The notes below the pieces were generated by a model. It was not told the origin of the DNA. It was given only the letters and a program-made list of their open reading frames with translations, and ran no database searches. A stretch of DNA of 64,000 nucleotides. Origin: an uncultured Candidatus Saccharimonadales bacterium (GTDB lineage: Bacteria > Patescibacteriota > Saccharimonadia > UBA4664). Position numbers and translations under genes: made by a program. Below, in pieces: positions 1 to 10,400 of the stretch (position 1 is the first letter of the stretch; each line of letters opens with the position of its first letter). The stretch spans positions 19,906 to 83,905 of the forward strand of contig CAYXSN010000004.1 in assembly GCA_964467655.1 (NCBI GenBank), written 5' to 3'.

Positions 1-1285
1 CTCTTGGCAATGAGCTTGCTAGTTGCCGGCGGTGCCATATATGGCCTCAACCTGACGCTGGGCGCCGGGACCTGGCCGGCCCTGATGGGTGGCTTATTCT
101 ACCTACTCAACCCCTACTCCATCGACAGGTTGTGGAGCGGCCAATGGCGGGTGTTGGCCGGCTATGCAGCGGCGCCGGTGGTTGTCTGGCTGGCGGTACT
201 GGCACTGCGCCGCGGTGGCCGCTGGTGGTGGGTATTGGCTCTGAGCTATGCTGTGATGCCGGCCATTAGTCAACACTGGTGGCTGATGTTGACGCTCGCC
301 GGCGGTCCGGTGCTGCTGACGGCAGCCTGGCGGCGCGGCCGATTTCCCTGGCGACACCTACTCGTCAGCGGTCTGATTAACCTGGCTTGGATAGTGGCAC
401 TGAGGGATGAGTCAGGTGTCAGCCAACTCCAGCCGGCCGACAGCACCAGCTTTGGAGCGGTGGCGACGTTGCCGGGCGGCCTGCCGCTTACGGTGTTAGG
501 CCTGGGTGGCTTTTGGTACCATCCTTTCGATTTCCTACCGGGGATTGACTACTTGTGGCTGATGCTCGTGGCCGGGTTGCTAGCGGCCAGTGTACTGGGT
601 TGGCGGCTGGTGGTTTGGCGCCGGCGGGCGCTGGCAATTGTGCTAGCCGGCTGCTGGTTCGTTGTGGCTGGAGTCATCATGCTCTCGGGTTGGGCGCCGG
701 CCCAGCCAGTCGTCCAGCGTGTTGTGGCCACAGTGCCGGGCCTGGTGGGCCTCAGAGAACTCACCAAGCTGACAGGTTTGCTGGCACTTGGCTATGCCAC
801 GTTGGCGCCGCTTGGTCTGACACTGTGGCGGTTCGAGCGATGGGCGGCAGTGAGTGGCGTGGCGATCATTGCCTTGGCTATGGCGCCGGCTTACGGGGGT
901 GGACCATACATCAAAACCTATCATTTTCCCAGTGGCTGGACTGAAGCCAAGGTGTATCTCGACCGCCAGCCACAGCGGCGGGTGGTGGCACTACCCTACG
1001 CCGGTTATCTGGTAGCACCCTGGGCCGGTGACAGGCTGGTGGCCAACCAGGCGCCGGGCTACTTCGGCCATGACGTCATTGCCGGTAGTAGCACTGGTAA
1101 CGCCGACTATGATAGCCGCCGGGGCAATAGTGGCAGTGTCACGCTTGCCGATCTGACAACCTTACGGCCGACCCATATTGTGGGTGCTCACTACCAACAA
1201 TCTGACGTTGAGTCCCGCGGAGCTGACAGCGGCCGGCTGGGAGATAGCGGTGAGCAATCCTGATGCCGTCGTGTGGACAAAATAG
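1..1285 (+). CDS. Multi-pass membrane protein, GT-C-type glycosyltransferase-like (5' partial; probable frameshift near 1182)
   Basis: Many TM segments, YLLNPY and LxLxGFW motifs shared with the 7487-11359 protein. Removing one G at 1182-1184 gives a plausible C-terminus ending at TAG 1283-1285; the uncorrected ORF stops at 1263. Confidence 0.6.
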
Positions 1286-1348
1286 CAATATTGTTTTACT
1301 ATGTGGCCACTCGTACCTTCCTATTCCGAATGAGAGTGGTGAATCACC

Positions 1349-2626
1349 ATGGGCGACGACCTGCCCGAATTCGATCTCAACGACACGGATCACAAATTAC
1401 TCAAATTTGACTACTCCCACTATCTGACCATGCAGCAGATCCGGCGCTTCGCGATCTGGCTAGATTTTGTGCCGACTCTCATCCTCGCATTGCTGACTGC
1501 CGGCTTTATTATTACCGCCGCTCAGGGCTTCAGGTATTGGTTTGTGGGCTTCTTTGGCCTGTTGGCGCTCTTGATCTTGTGGCGTGTAATGCGCTACCGC
1601 ATCTACTCAACCACCGCCTTCAATAACCGCGCTCAGATGCAACGCACGCACCAGGCTGAGATTGAGGCTCAGCAGAGAGCCACTGATGCCGAGTTGACCC
1701 AGCTTTTGAAACAGGCTCAAGATCCTGACCATCCCGACTATGAAGCAGCCCGAGCCGCAATCCACAGGTGCTTGTTTGAGCGTGGCCATCCTCTCTTCCA
1801 GGCGGCTTGGCGGCTGGAACTGACGAGTGCCGTCAGGACCATCGCTGAAGCCATTGAGGCCGACAGGCAGTTGGCCGACCTCAGGCCGGCGGTTGATCGG
1901 GCCCTGGAATCGCTGGCTATGGCTCGCGGGCGAGCAGAGAACGCGCAGTTGCCGACACTTGCTCGCATTAAGGCATGCCGGGGCTGGCGGCGATTGTGCA
2001 GCGCCACCAATGAGCTGATACTGACATATTCTTTAGGTGATCGGTCGATCCTGTCGGCAACCATTAAGGCATTGCACGAAGATGACAGGATTTCCGGCCT
2101 ACCGTCATCTATCGAAGCGGCTTGGCGAACCGAGTATGCGCTACGTTGGCAACTCCTGCAAGCCGCGCTTGAGCTCAATGACCAGACATTGCCCCTCGAT
2201 CAGGATGCCTTGCGCGAGCATCGTGATTGGATCTGGCGCTACGTCCAGCCCGATGGCTTCATGCGGGGGCGACCTTACGACCGACACCTCCCCGATGATT
2301 GGGACCAGGTGGTGGTGGCCGTCATCGAGCCGCGCACTATCGATCTCGCTGATTGGTACGACTATCTCAGCTTCGACCGGGCTGCTTCGGTGGAGGTAGC
2401 CACCTGGTTCGTGCGCTCGGTGGTTGAGGCCATCAGGAAGCGAGAGTCGCTCTCAATGGTGATGTCGGCAGAGCTTCTGATTGCCGCCTATTACCTGCAC
2501 CACCGTACCGATGTCAGCGGTTCCATCAACGAGGACGACAGAGAAGTCGTCTTGGGTTGTCATCATAGGTTGGCGCAACCGTACCGGCCCCGGCTGCGCC
2601 TGTTGACACCGGCTCACCATCGATGA
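1349..2626 (+). CDS. Hypothetical protein, two N-terminal TM helices plus helical domain
   Basis: 425 aa ORF followed by a hairpin; no family recognised. Confidence 0.65.
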   Translation: MGDDLPEFDLNDTDHKLLKFDYSHYLTMQQIRRFAIWLDFVPTLILALLTAGFIITAAQGFRYWFVGFFGLLALLILWRVMRYRIYSTTAFNNRAQMQRTHQAEIEAQQRATDAELTQLLKQAQDPDHPDYEAARAAIHRCLFERGHPLFQAAWRLELTSAVRTIAEAIEADRQLADLRPAVDRALESLAMARGRAENAQLPTLARIKACRGWRRLCSATNELILTYSLGDRSILSATIKALHEDDRISGLPSSIEAAWRTEYALRWQLLQAALELNDQTLPLDQDALREHRDWIWRYVQPDGFMRGRPYDRHLPDDWDQVVVAVIEPRTIDLADWYDYLSFDRAASVEVATWFVRSVVEAIRKRESLSMVMSAELLIAAYYLHHRTDVSGSINEDDREVVLGCHHRLAQPYRPRLRLLTPAHHR

Positions 2627-2636
2627 CAGTACAAAC

Positions 2637-2668
2637 AACGCCCGGATCCCCCTCAAGGGATCCGGGCG
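2637..2668. terminator. Hairpin terminator, copy 1 of a 32 bp repeat
   Basis: cgcccggatccc-cctcaa-gggatccgggcg between convergent genes; 31/32 identical to 4577-4608. Confidence 0.75.
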
Positions 2669-2833
2669 CTTTTACTGCCTGGTACTAACCGAGGTACAAG
2701 TTGCCCTCTTTTGTTGAACTTCGCTGACAGAAGAAGTTGCCTATTCTGCAGTTGACAGCAAGGGCGAAACGCAACCGGATCGAATGCGGCGGGCCCTTTC
2801 TGGCAATCTTGGGATCCGCCGAGACTCCAGGCT

Positions 2834-3106
2834 TTAAAATCGGAACATTCTCGGCTCGCGTACCGCTTGGACCGGCCTGACGCAGCGGTTGACCGTAGCG
2901 ATCAAGGTGACCGTGCCGATCGTGCCCTCGGCATCGCCAAGAGACATTGTCGGCCTGACGGTTACCGCGCAGGCCACTGCCGGCGCCTGTTGGTTGACTG
3001 CCAAAGTAGCTTGGGCCGGCGCCATGAGGACACCGATAATTGCCATCAACAGACCCAACATTGCGCTACGCCATCTGGCTTTCGCGGAAGCAACGGTTGT
3101 GGACAT
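2834..3106 (-). CDS. Small secreted hypothetical protein (may be frameshifted near the 3' end)
   Basis: Signal peptide ending MAPAQA, SD AAGGA, upstream TATAAT; other frames stay open down to the hairpin. Confidence 0.5.
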   Translation of the reverse strand: MSTTVASAKARWRSAMLGLLMAIIGVLMAPAQATLAVNQQAPAVACAVTVRPTMSLGDAEGTIGTVTLIATVNRCVRPVQAVREPRMFRF

Positions 3107-3269
3107 CTGACTTATTTCACATCCTTCTGCGATAGGAGGTACATCATTTTGACGGTCTGATTATATAACATTTTGTTTATTCTGGCTAGTCTTTGAGCTT
3201 GACCAGTGTGATTATTTATTGTAATGTATAACGGTTCCGACAGGCTTCCTCTAGGAAGGACTTTTACAG

Positions 3270-4490
3270 GTGAATCGTAACTGGAGAACCGTGATGGTTA
3301 CCCTGGGCTTGGCGATACTCGCCACTCTGGGCATGATGGCGCCGGCATCAGCTGGCACCATCATGAACAATGCCGCAGCAGCCCTCAAGACCCAGGATTT
3401 GTACGTCGATCCCGGGGCGGCTATTCAGCCGTCTGCTGCCGATATGGCAGCCATCGACCAACTCCTGGCCAACACGCTCTACCCCACCAAGGTGGCCATT
3501 CTGCCGGGCAGCGTCAAGAACGAGCTGACCAATGGTAGTGCCGACTGGCTGGCGGCCGATGTGGCCAACCAGACCCATGTGGGCGCCACCTATGCGGTAC
3601 TGGCGGGCACCCCGAGTGGCAAGTGGGCCTTTCGGGCTGTCGACACCAGCAACCATCTGGGTGAACGGGTCAAGAGTTTGGCGAACTCCGCTTATCAGCG
3701 GAATTCATCCAACCCCTTGACTGCTTTGCGGGCATTCTTGGTGTCGCTGCCCCAGAAGGCGGCGCCGGCAGCTACCCAGCCGAATGTTGTGCCACCAGTG
3801 CAACAGCCGGCTCAACCTCAGAACCAGCCTCAGGCCCAGCAGCCGGCCAAGTCCGGCGGTGGCCACGGTTGGCTGTGGCTCGTTCTGATTGTCGTGGTCA
3901 TTGGACTAGTGGGTGGCTACTTACTCTTGAGGCTGTTCGGATCTCACGAGGATGACTCGGGAGATGTGGATTTCCGGCCAGGCTCCAGTCCGACACCCCC
4001 TGGACCGTTGTTCGACACCGCCTTCGAGCCTCCACCGGCTACTGCTTATGGTTCGTATGAACCCGAGCAGACTACGGCGGCCGGCATGATACCGACTCCG
4101 ACTCCGGCTACCCACTACCGCACGCTGCCGCGGAGTACGCGATCGGGCGGCGGCGGCGATGTCCCGTCGCGGGCGCCGCATCGTGATAGCTATCACGGGC
4201 ACCGTCGCGATGGTCGGGGTGGCTACGGCGACCCGGGTACCGGTTCGTACGTACCTCCTGTGGTCGTGACCCCGAACCCACAGGGCGATCAGCCGCATAC
4301 CTATCAGGCACCCGATCCTGAACCTGTTCGCCAGGTGACGGCCAGTGACTCTGGTGGCGGTGGCGACACAGGTAACAGCTCGAGCGGCTTCTTTGACTCG
4401 AGTAGTGGGGGCTGGGGCTCCGATTCGGGCTCCAGTTCTGATCCGTCACCGGCCTCCGACCAGAATTCCGGCGGCGGCGGCGACCTGTAA
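3270..4490 (+). CDS. Secreted/membrane protein with one TM and a Pro/Gly/Ser-rich tail
   Basis: Signal peptide (APASA), TM at ~aa 200-222, low-complexity C-terminus, SD AGGAAGGA. Confidence 0.75.
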   Translation: MNRNWRTVMVTLGLAILATLGMMAPASAGTIMNNAAAALKTQDLYVDPGAAIQPSAADMAAIDQLLANTLYPTKVAILPGSVKNELTNGSADWLAADVANQTHVGATYAVLAGTPSGKWAFRAVDTSNHLGERVKSLANSAYQRNSSNPLTALRAFLVSLPQKAAPAATQPNVVPPVQQPAQPQNQPQAQQPAKSGGGHGWLWLVLIVVVIGLVGGYLLLRLFGSHEDDSGDVDFRPGSSPTPPGPLFDTAFEPPPATAYGSYEPEQTTAAGMIPTPTPATHYRTLPRSTRSGGGGDVPSRAPHRDSYHGHRRDGRGGYGDPGTGSYVPPVVVTPNPQGDQPHTYQAPDPEPVRQVTASDSGGGGDTGNSSSGFFDSSSGGWGSDSGSSSDPSPASDQNSGGGGDL

Positions 4491-4496
4491 CACCCT

Positions 4497-4540
4497 CCGG
4501 GTGGGACCTGGCCTTTTGGCCTGGTCCCACCCGGTTGTTT
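4497..4540 (+). terminator. Intrinsic terminator
   Basis: ccgggtgggacc...ggtcccacccgg followed by ttgttt, directly after the stop codon. Confidence 0.8.
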
Positions 4541-4576
4541 ATTTATACTCAATATCCTCAAGTAGCCACCACGTAG

Positions 4577-4608
4577 AACGCCCAGATCCCCCTCAAGGGA
4601 TCCGGGCG
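4577..4608 (-). terminator. Hairpin terminator, copy 2 of the 32 bp repeat
   Basis: The single difference from copy 1 gives a G-U pair only on the minus strand. Confidence 0.7.
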
Positions 4609-4613
4609 TTGTG

Positions 4614-4760
4614 TTACACCGTCCGGGGGTTTTGCCCCGACCGTTTCGGCTTTGGAGGAACTTGGGCAGTCGAACCGCCCTTGTTCTCTACCGCCGGCAC
4701 TTCCGGCCGGGCGTCGGGCCGATGTGGACCGGGATCGCCGGTCCAGGGATTTCCACACAT
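4614..4760 (-). CDS. 48 aa small ORF MCGNPWTGDPGPHRPDARPEVPAVENKGGSTAQVPPKPKRSGQNPRTV (or a structured RNA)
   Basis: GGAGG SD, TATAAT at ~4807-4812, stop directly before the hairpin; below the ORF-track cutoff. Confidence 0.45.
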   Translation of the reverse strand: MCGNPWTGDPGPHRPDARPEVPAVENKGGSTAQVPPKPKRSGQNPRTV

Positions 4761-4915
4761 CGTGAGCCTCCCAAATGTTGGGTGTGGGGTGGATTTAGCA
4801 TTTTTTATTATATAACTTTATCTAGTTCTTGTCCATATAGACATTTCAGGCCTGTATGGTATCGTCGTATTTGTCCAAGATTGATCGATCCCCCTGCACC
4901 CCAGAAAGGCAGATT

Positions 4916-5557
4916 ATGACTGAGCATCCGCTCATGAGCCCGCCTGAGCCTGGGCCAAAGATCCAGCGCCTCAGTCAACTACCAGATGGGACGGTTCGAC
5001 TATCCCTCGAACGGGCATTGAAGGCCGCACCGGTTTTGTTTGGCCACATGTCGGACACGCCGGATCTGGATACCGTCGCTCTTGGCATCTTTGATCGTCC
5101 GGCTGGCGACCTGCCCCCGGGTTGTGCCCGCGACCGGGCATGCCCGTATGACGACACCGGTATCCATAGCCGGTCGGTCATGCTGCCGTTGCAAGTGGCC
5201 AGCCATGTAGGCGCTCGGGCAACCGACTCGACTGAAGGCAGGCTCAATCCCGAGACTATCAGGTACATCCAGGCTCATTCAGCGACGTATTTTGCGTCAT
5301 CAAACTGGCTGACCCACCAGCGACGCGAGGCCCGGCCCGGTGATACTCGTTCCTATGGTGCAGTTGTCATCAGAGTACGGGTCGGTAATCGGGCATTGAG
5401 CTTCACTGTCGCTGTCAGCAGTGCGGCCCCACCCCACCGGGACCAAGAACTGGCCTATCTGGTGGGCAATGCCGTTGTTGCCGACCTCACAGCTAGCGAA
5501 CTGATCGTGCCCATATTGCCTGAATCCCCTACCTTTGTGCTGCGGCCGCCGTTCTGA
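4916..5557 (+). CDS. Hypothetical protein; C-terminus weakly GlcG/HbpS-like
   Basis: GAVVI...TVAVSS...DQELA resembles the GGVPI...GVSG...D..A pattern. Confidence 0.5.
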   Translation: MTEHPLMSPPEPGPKIQRLSQLPDGTVRLSLERALKAAPVLFGHMSDTPDLDTVALGIFDRPAGDLPPGCARDRACPYDDTGIHSRSVMLPLQVASHVGARATDSTEGRLNPETIRYIQAHSATYFASSNWLTHQRREARPGDTRSYGAVVIRVRVGNRALSFTVAVSSAAPPHRDQELAYLVGNAVVADLTASELIVPILPESPTFVLRPPF

Positions 5558-5586
5558 CTGGCGCAGCCAATTGACACAACCCCCAG

Positions 5587-5616
5587 AGCCCCGGACATAT
5601 GATGATGTCCGGGGCT
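5587..5616. terminator. Bidirectional hairpin terminator
   Basis: agccccggacat / atgtccggggct between convergent genes. Confidence 0.75.
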
Positions 5617-5641
5617 GTACTTTTGTCAGATGAAACGTTTG

Positions 5642-6055
5642 TTAGTCGAGAATGTCGATATTACACCACGAACTAGCACCGCCCGGTGCATTGTTGGCAA
5701 ACCATACCCGTACCCATACGCCGCCACTGGTGTAGCCGCCGTGGTTCGGAGTGAAGGTAGTAGAGCTCGCTGTTCTGGTTTGAGTCCATACGAGCTGACT
5801 TTGATTGGCGTAAATCTCAACGGTGATGTCGGATCTCGAAAATGGTACCGAATTTGACGCACTCACACTCTTGGCGATCGATACACCATTGGCTACGTCC
5901 CAGGTGACCGTGGCGTTATGCTTGCCTGCAATATTCCAACATGAGCCTGATCGACTGTAGACCGAGGCATGAGCGGGCACGAAGGGCACCAATGTTGCAA
6001 CTAACATGCCAGCTACAACGGCGAACATTTTCAGCGAACGAGGAATACTAACCAT
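5642..6055 (-). CDS. Secreted hypothetical protein
   Basis: Signal peptide ending AHA, SD AAGGAG, beta-rich with two Cys. Confidence 0.75.
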   Translation of the reverse strand: MVSIPRSLKMFAVVAGMLVATLVPFVPAHASVYSRSGSCWNIAGKHNATVTWDVANGVSIAKSVSASNSVPFSRSDITVEIYANQSQLVWTQTRTASSTTFTPNHGGYTSGGVWVRVWFANNAPGGASSWCNIDILD

Positions 6056-6284
6056 CGCAAACTCCTTATATTATTCTTATGTTTTTAACATATATCAGGT
6101 AACGACGCCCTTTTATGAGTAAACGGTCCAATTCTTGAGGTAATGAGATTCACAATTTTTGGTGTTTTGACTGAACTGATCAAGAGCGCAAGTCACGCGG
6201 GCTTAATGCTGTACAATGCTCGTATAATGTGGTATGGTTTGCCCTGTTCATTGTGTTAGTTTCGGCTGAGGAGGTATCCGCCAG

Positions 6285-7049
6285 ATGAGGTGGACTCAGA
6301 GATACCGATTACTCATCGCAATCCTGGCTGCGATCTTGATTGTGGTTGTGATCATGCCGTGGTTGCTGCATGTCGCCACTAGTGCCGATAGCGCACCCAC
6401 TGCAGCGCCAAGACCGACCCCCAGCAAAGCTGGTCTGATGCCTACACCGGTACCGGTCGTGCCAAGCTGCCTGCTGACTACACCGGTTACTCGGTCGCCA
6501 GCCGGTACGCCCGCGGACTTCCGAGCTAACGCTCCGGTTGGCCAAGGCCCGCAGCACAAGGAAAGCAGCATGAGCTTCGGTTGGAGTCTGGCTCCCACTG
6601 GACTCAACCCGACGGCTCTGGACAGCATGAGCGCGAACGAGGCCAAGAGGGCGGCTACCCTTGCGGTTATCAATCTCGCCCAGTATGTCTGCGAGAACCC
6701 ATTGCAGGCCATGAGCGTGCTCGTTGGCCTCGACTGGACCTGGGACCCCGCAACCACGCCATTGACTCATCAAGAGATGGTGGACAAGATCTGGCGGTTG
6801 GCCGATGAATGGCAGCGCCCATCCCTGGTCTACGAAGCACCGTTCGTGGCGGGTGAGGCCGTCACCTATCAGGTGCTTCGCGGTAGCGCGCCAGTAGTGC
6901 AGTCTACCCTGTACCGCTATGAGGGACCCCGGTTGTTCCTGACGACCAAGGGTTCCTATGGCACAAAGCGTTATTTGATTGACCTCCAAAGCGGTGGCCA
7001 GGTGGTTGACCAGCTTGACCACACCAACAGCTTCTTATCGAGGGGCTGA
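6285..7049 (+). CDS. Membrane-anchored hypothetical protein
   Basis: SD GAGGAGG, N-terminal TM, Pro-rich linker. Confidence 0.7.
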   Translation: MRWTQRYRLLIAILAAILIVVVIMPWLLHVATSADSAPTAAPRPTPSKAGLMPTPVPVVPSCLLTTPVTRSPAGTPADFRANAPVGQGPQHKESSMSFGWSLAPTGLNPTALDSMSANEAKRAATLAVINLAQYVCENPLQAMSVLVGLDWTWDPATTPLTHQEMVDKIWRLADEWQRPSLVYEAPFVAGEAVTYQVLRGSAPVVQSTLYRYEGPRLFLTTKGSYGTKRYLIDLQSGGQVVDQLDHTNSFLSRG

Positions 7050-7059
7050 AGTTCTACTC

Positions 7060-7089
7060 GGGCCCGGATGACACCAGTCGTCCGGGCCC
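7060..7089. terminator. Bidirectional hairpin terminator
   Basis: gggcccggatgac / gtcgtccgggccc. Confidence 0.7.
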
Positions 7090-7097
7090 ATACCATT

Positions 7098-7394
7098 CTA
7101 GGCTTCGAGCTTGACTAACCGGTAGCTATGGTTGGTCACGGCATCCTTGATAATACCCAGCTCGCTCTCGATTTGTTCGAAACGTTCGTCGATTTGCTCG
7201 AAGCGCTGGTCGATCTGTTCGAAACGTTCGTCGATTTGGTCGAAGCGCTCATCCATCTGGGCAAACCGGTCATCTATCGCCAAAAACTGCTCGGCGCAAG
7301 CTGTGGCCAGATTATTGATATCGCCTTGAATTGCCTGAAACCGCGGTTCGAGCGCTTCTTTGATGAGATTGATATCGGTAGGAGTGAGAGCCAT
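7098..7394 (-). CDS. 98 aa heptad-repeat coiled-coil protein
   Basis: Start MALTPT with SD AAAGG; (D-E/Q/D-R-F-x-Q-I/M) x5. Confidence 0.75.
   Translation of the reverse strand: MALTPTDINLIKEALEPRFQAIQGDINNLATACAEQFLAIDDRFAQMDERFDQIDERFEQIDQRFEQIDERFEQIESELGIIKDAVTNHSYRLVKLEA
7168..7275. repeat. 21 bp coding tandem repeat (~5 units)
   Basis: tcgatttgttcgaaacgttcg-like units. Confidence 0.8.
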
Positions 7395-7486
7395 AGCGTA
7401 ACCTTTCTGAAAGCTTATTGTAGCAATATTGTTACCAACATTATACCGTACAAAAGCCGTATGTGCCAGATACGGGCTGCACCATT

Positions 7487-10400
7487 TTATAACCGCACAA
7501 TCCGCCGAGCTGGTTTGCTTGCACGAGGCGATGCGCCGCCCTGGCTCTTCGGCCGGGTGCCGCCGCTCCCCCGTCGTCGGCGCCAGTGTCGCCAACCTGT
7601 CATGCCCAAGTAGCCCAGACACCCGGCGAGGGTGAGGCCGCTGATGATGAGACCAACATAAAACCAACGCTGCGGTGTAAACTCGGCCACCAGCTCCAGA
7701 TCGTAGGTGCCGTCGGGATTGGCGTGGCAGAGGTTTTGTTGTTTGCAGAGCTTGTCGACGTCGATGTACCAACCGTTGGCAAAGTCGTTGAGCTTGAAGT
7801 GGTCGCTATCGGCGATGGCGTCGGGTTTGGCCCAGGGGACCCAGCTGTTGATGCCCTGAACTTTGCCGTTATTGATTTCGAGGCGCCATTTCGAAAAGTA
7901 GTTTTGGTTCATGGCTAGATAAAATGGCTTTTCTGCCGACTTGACGCTGATACTATGCTTTACCGGACTAGCCGTGTGATGCTCTACCGATTTTGGCATC
8001 GAGGTAATGGTGGGACTATCAGATAACAGAACGTATTTGCCCGTGATGTTTGGCAGCCGGTCTAGCTTCATATCGCTGTATTCAACAACATTTACTTTGC
8101 CTGATTGGGGCTCATAGGCATACAAATATATCGTTGCGCTTGTGGCGCCAGCAGGTGCTTTGAACTTGATTGATGCCTGCGTACTCCCGCCGCTCTGTTC
8201 TGACCCTTTTAACCGATCCGACAGGTATGTTCCGGCCGGGTCATTGAAGCCAATATAGTAGCCAGCCGCAGTGTCACTTGAGGGCTTGTACTCAAAGTCG
8301 AGCATGTAGTCTCCCGAATCGACGACACTTACGTTTGTATTGGCACAGGCAATGTGATTGCGCGACGTGAGCTTAACCAACGAGCCGGGTCCGCGTTTGT
8401 CGACTACCAGACTAATGTCTGAGCGCTCGTCGGACGCACTACAATCGACTACCTTTTGGGGCCAATCATTCAGGTATCGCCTTTCGAAATTATTGGGAGT
8501 TCCGACATATTCAGCATTACTGACTTGTGTGTTGCCTATCGCCTTTTTAACCACCTGGTCGGCAGCGATGAGCTTGACTGCTTGGCTCTCGATAACTTCA
8601 TATACCGAAACATTGGCATAGCGCGCCACATTTGTCTTATCGATATCAGTCCCAGAAAACGCATACAAGAAGAAGTTCGAAGCATCGACATTTGCTGGGG
8701 TGGTCACGATCTTAGAGTAACGGTGCCATGAGTCATCGGCGGTGTTGGTCGACCAGCTACTATTTATCTCGCTGCCTTTACCCGCATAGATGGCATACCC
8801 GATCTTGGAGTGACTTGGACTGGCATAGTCAAAACTGATCAGGTATTGTTTGCCGCTTTGCAACGTAACGCCAGTGCGAGTACATGCAATGTGTCCCTTG
8901 GCGACTAATTCCAGTGCCTTCGTGGCTTGCTTGGCGTCCTTATCGAGGAGCCGCATGCTCAACTCTGCCCGCGAGCTTTCAATGGCACAGTCTTCCACTT
9001 TGGGTTGCCAGAGGCCCCTACTGAAATCGCCGTTTTGTATCATATTTTCATCACGTGCCGAGATTACTTTTGCCGTTGTCGCTCCTTGGCGGTTGGCAAT
9101 CTCGACGGGATTATCTGAGCTGATCGGCGTATAGCTGTTGTTGGCTTCAACGAAGTAGCGTCTCTGTGGGCGCCGCTCGATTGATGTGGTTTCGTATTTC
9201 TGCTGATCTTGCCTAAAAGGTGTGGTGCCATCGAGGGTTAGCAGGCCTTCATCATGGGCAGAGATGGTGATTCTTGTAGCATCGCTCACGGCGCGGATGA
9301 CAGGAGCGCTGGCAGTCTTGTACAGCGTGGCCGGCTGACTGTCGGTGGCAACCACCGGCTGGTCGTGAATTCTACCTGAAATCGGATCGATATTGGCGGT
9401 GGTTACGTTTGCAAATAGTGGCTCAATATGAGCTGTTGGCATCTTTACGTTATCGGTCGTGTAGTAATAATTTGGCTTGGCCAAGGTTGCTGTCACAAAT
9501 TCATTGACTGCTTTAAAATTATTGCGTCCCGTAAAGCTATACAGATTGTCGGTAACTGAAATGAATTCCTTGGGTTGTGGGTCGATCAGTTCATAGACCG
9601 CCAGATTGGGCGTGTCCATCTTTTGCTTGAAATGGCCGGATTTTTGGATGCCGTTTTGGAGATCATGAATGCTCAAGGGCGATTTACCGTAGGCATGCGC
9701 CCAATCGTAGTTACTGTCCTTGCGCACCACAACGTATTTGATATTACGTCTGGCGAGGTTGGCCGTCTGGACGTCTGTAGCAGTAAAATCGGCTTCAACG
9801 TCGTAATTGAACTTATCAATGGTGGCACCGCCGATATCAGTTGAAATGATGGACGTGCCCGATAGTAGCCTCAAGATGTCGTTGCCAATATAACCTTCTT
9901 TTCCATCGCCCCACTTACTCGATATCCAGGCTGTGTGTTGCAGCGGCAAGGACAGGGTTAGGGCATGAGCATCGGCCTTGAGAAAATCCGCTACTTGATA
10001 GTAGTCTTGTGGTATTGCTATCTGGGCGGCTGGTCTAATGCCATTGTTTGAATTAAAGATCTGGCCGGTCCAAACAGGGAATCCCAGCACCATAATGATG
10101 AGCGCTGCAACCGAGCGATACCATAACGCCTTGGCGCTACTTACCCTCAGTGGGATCGAAAAAGCCAAGAATAAGGTTAGTAGGTAGCCGAGGGCAACAA
10201 TAATGCCGAGTTTTTCGTAGGCCGCCCGGAACGCCAAAAATGGTACCGGAAATGTCTGGAATAGGAATACAAAGAAGCCGCCGAAGGGTTCGTGCGAGCC
10301 TTTGGCTAGGAAACTACCAACCAATACCATAGCTACTGCCAGTATGACCAGCCGCCAAGCTTTGCGGAGGATGTTTTGGTTGAGTAGTACAACAATAAGA

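Noticed and set aside
2672-2833. Structured RNA or c-di-GMP riboswitch
   Set aside because: Only short stems and no consensus; two minus-strand frames are open, so a frameshifted gene tail is equally likely.
7168-7275. CRISPR-like repeat
   Set aside because: Contiguous in-frame 21 bp coding units with no spacers.
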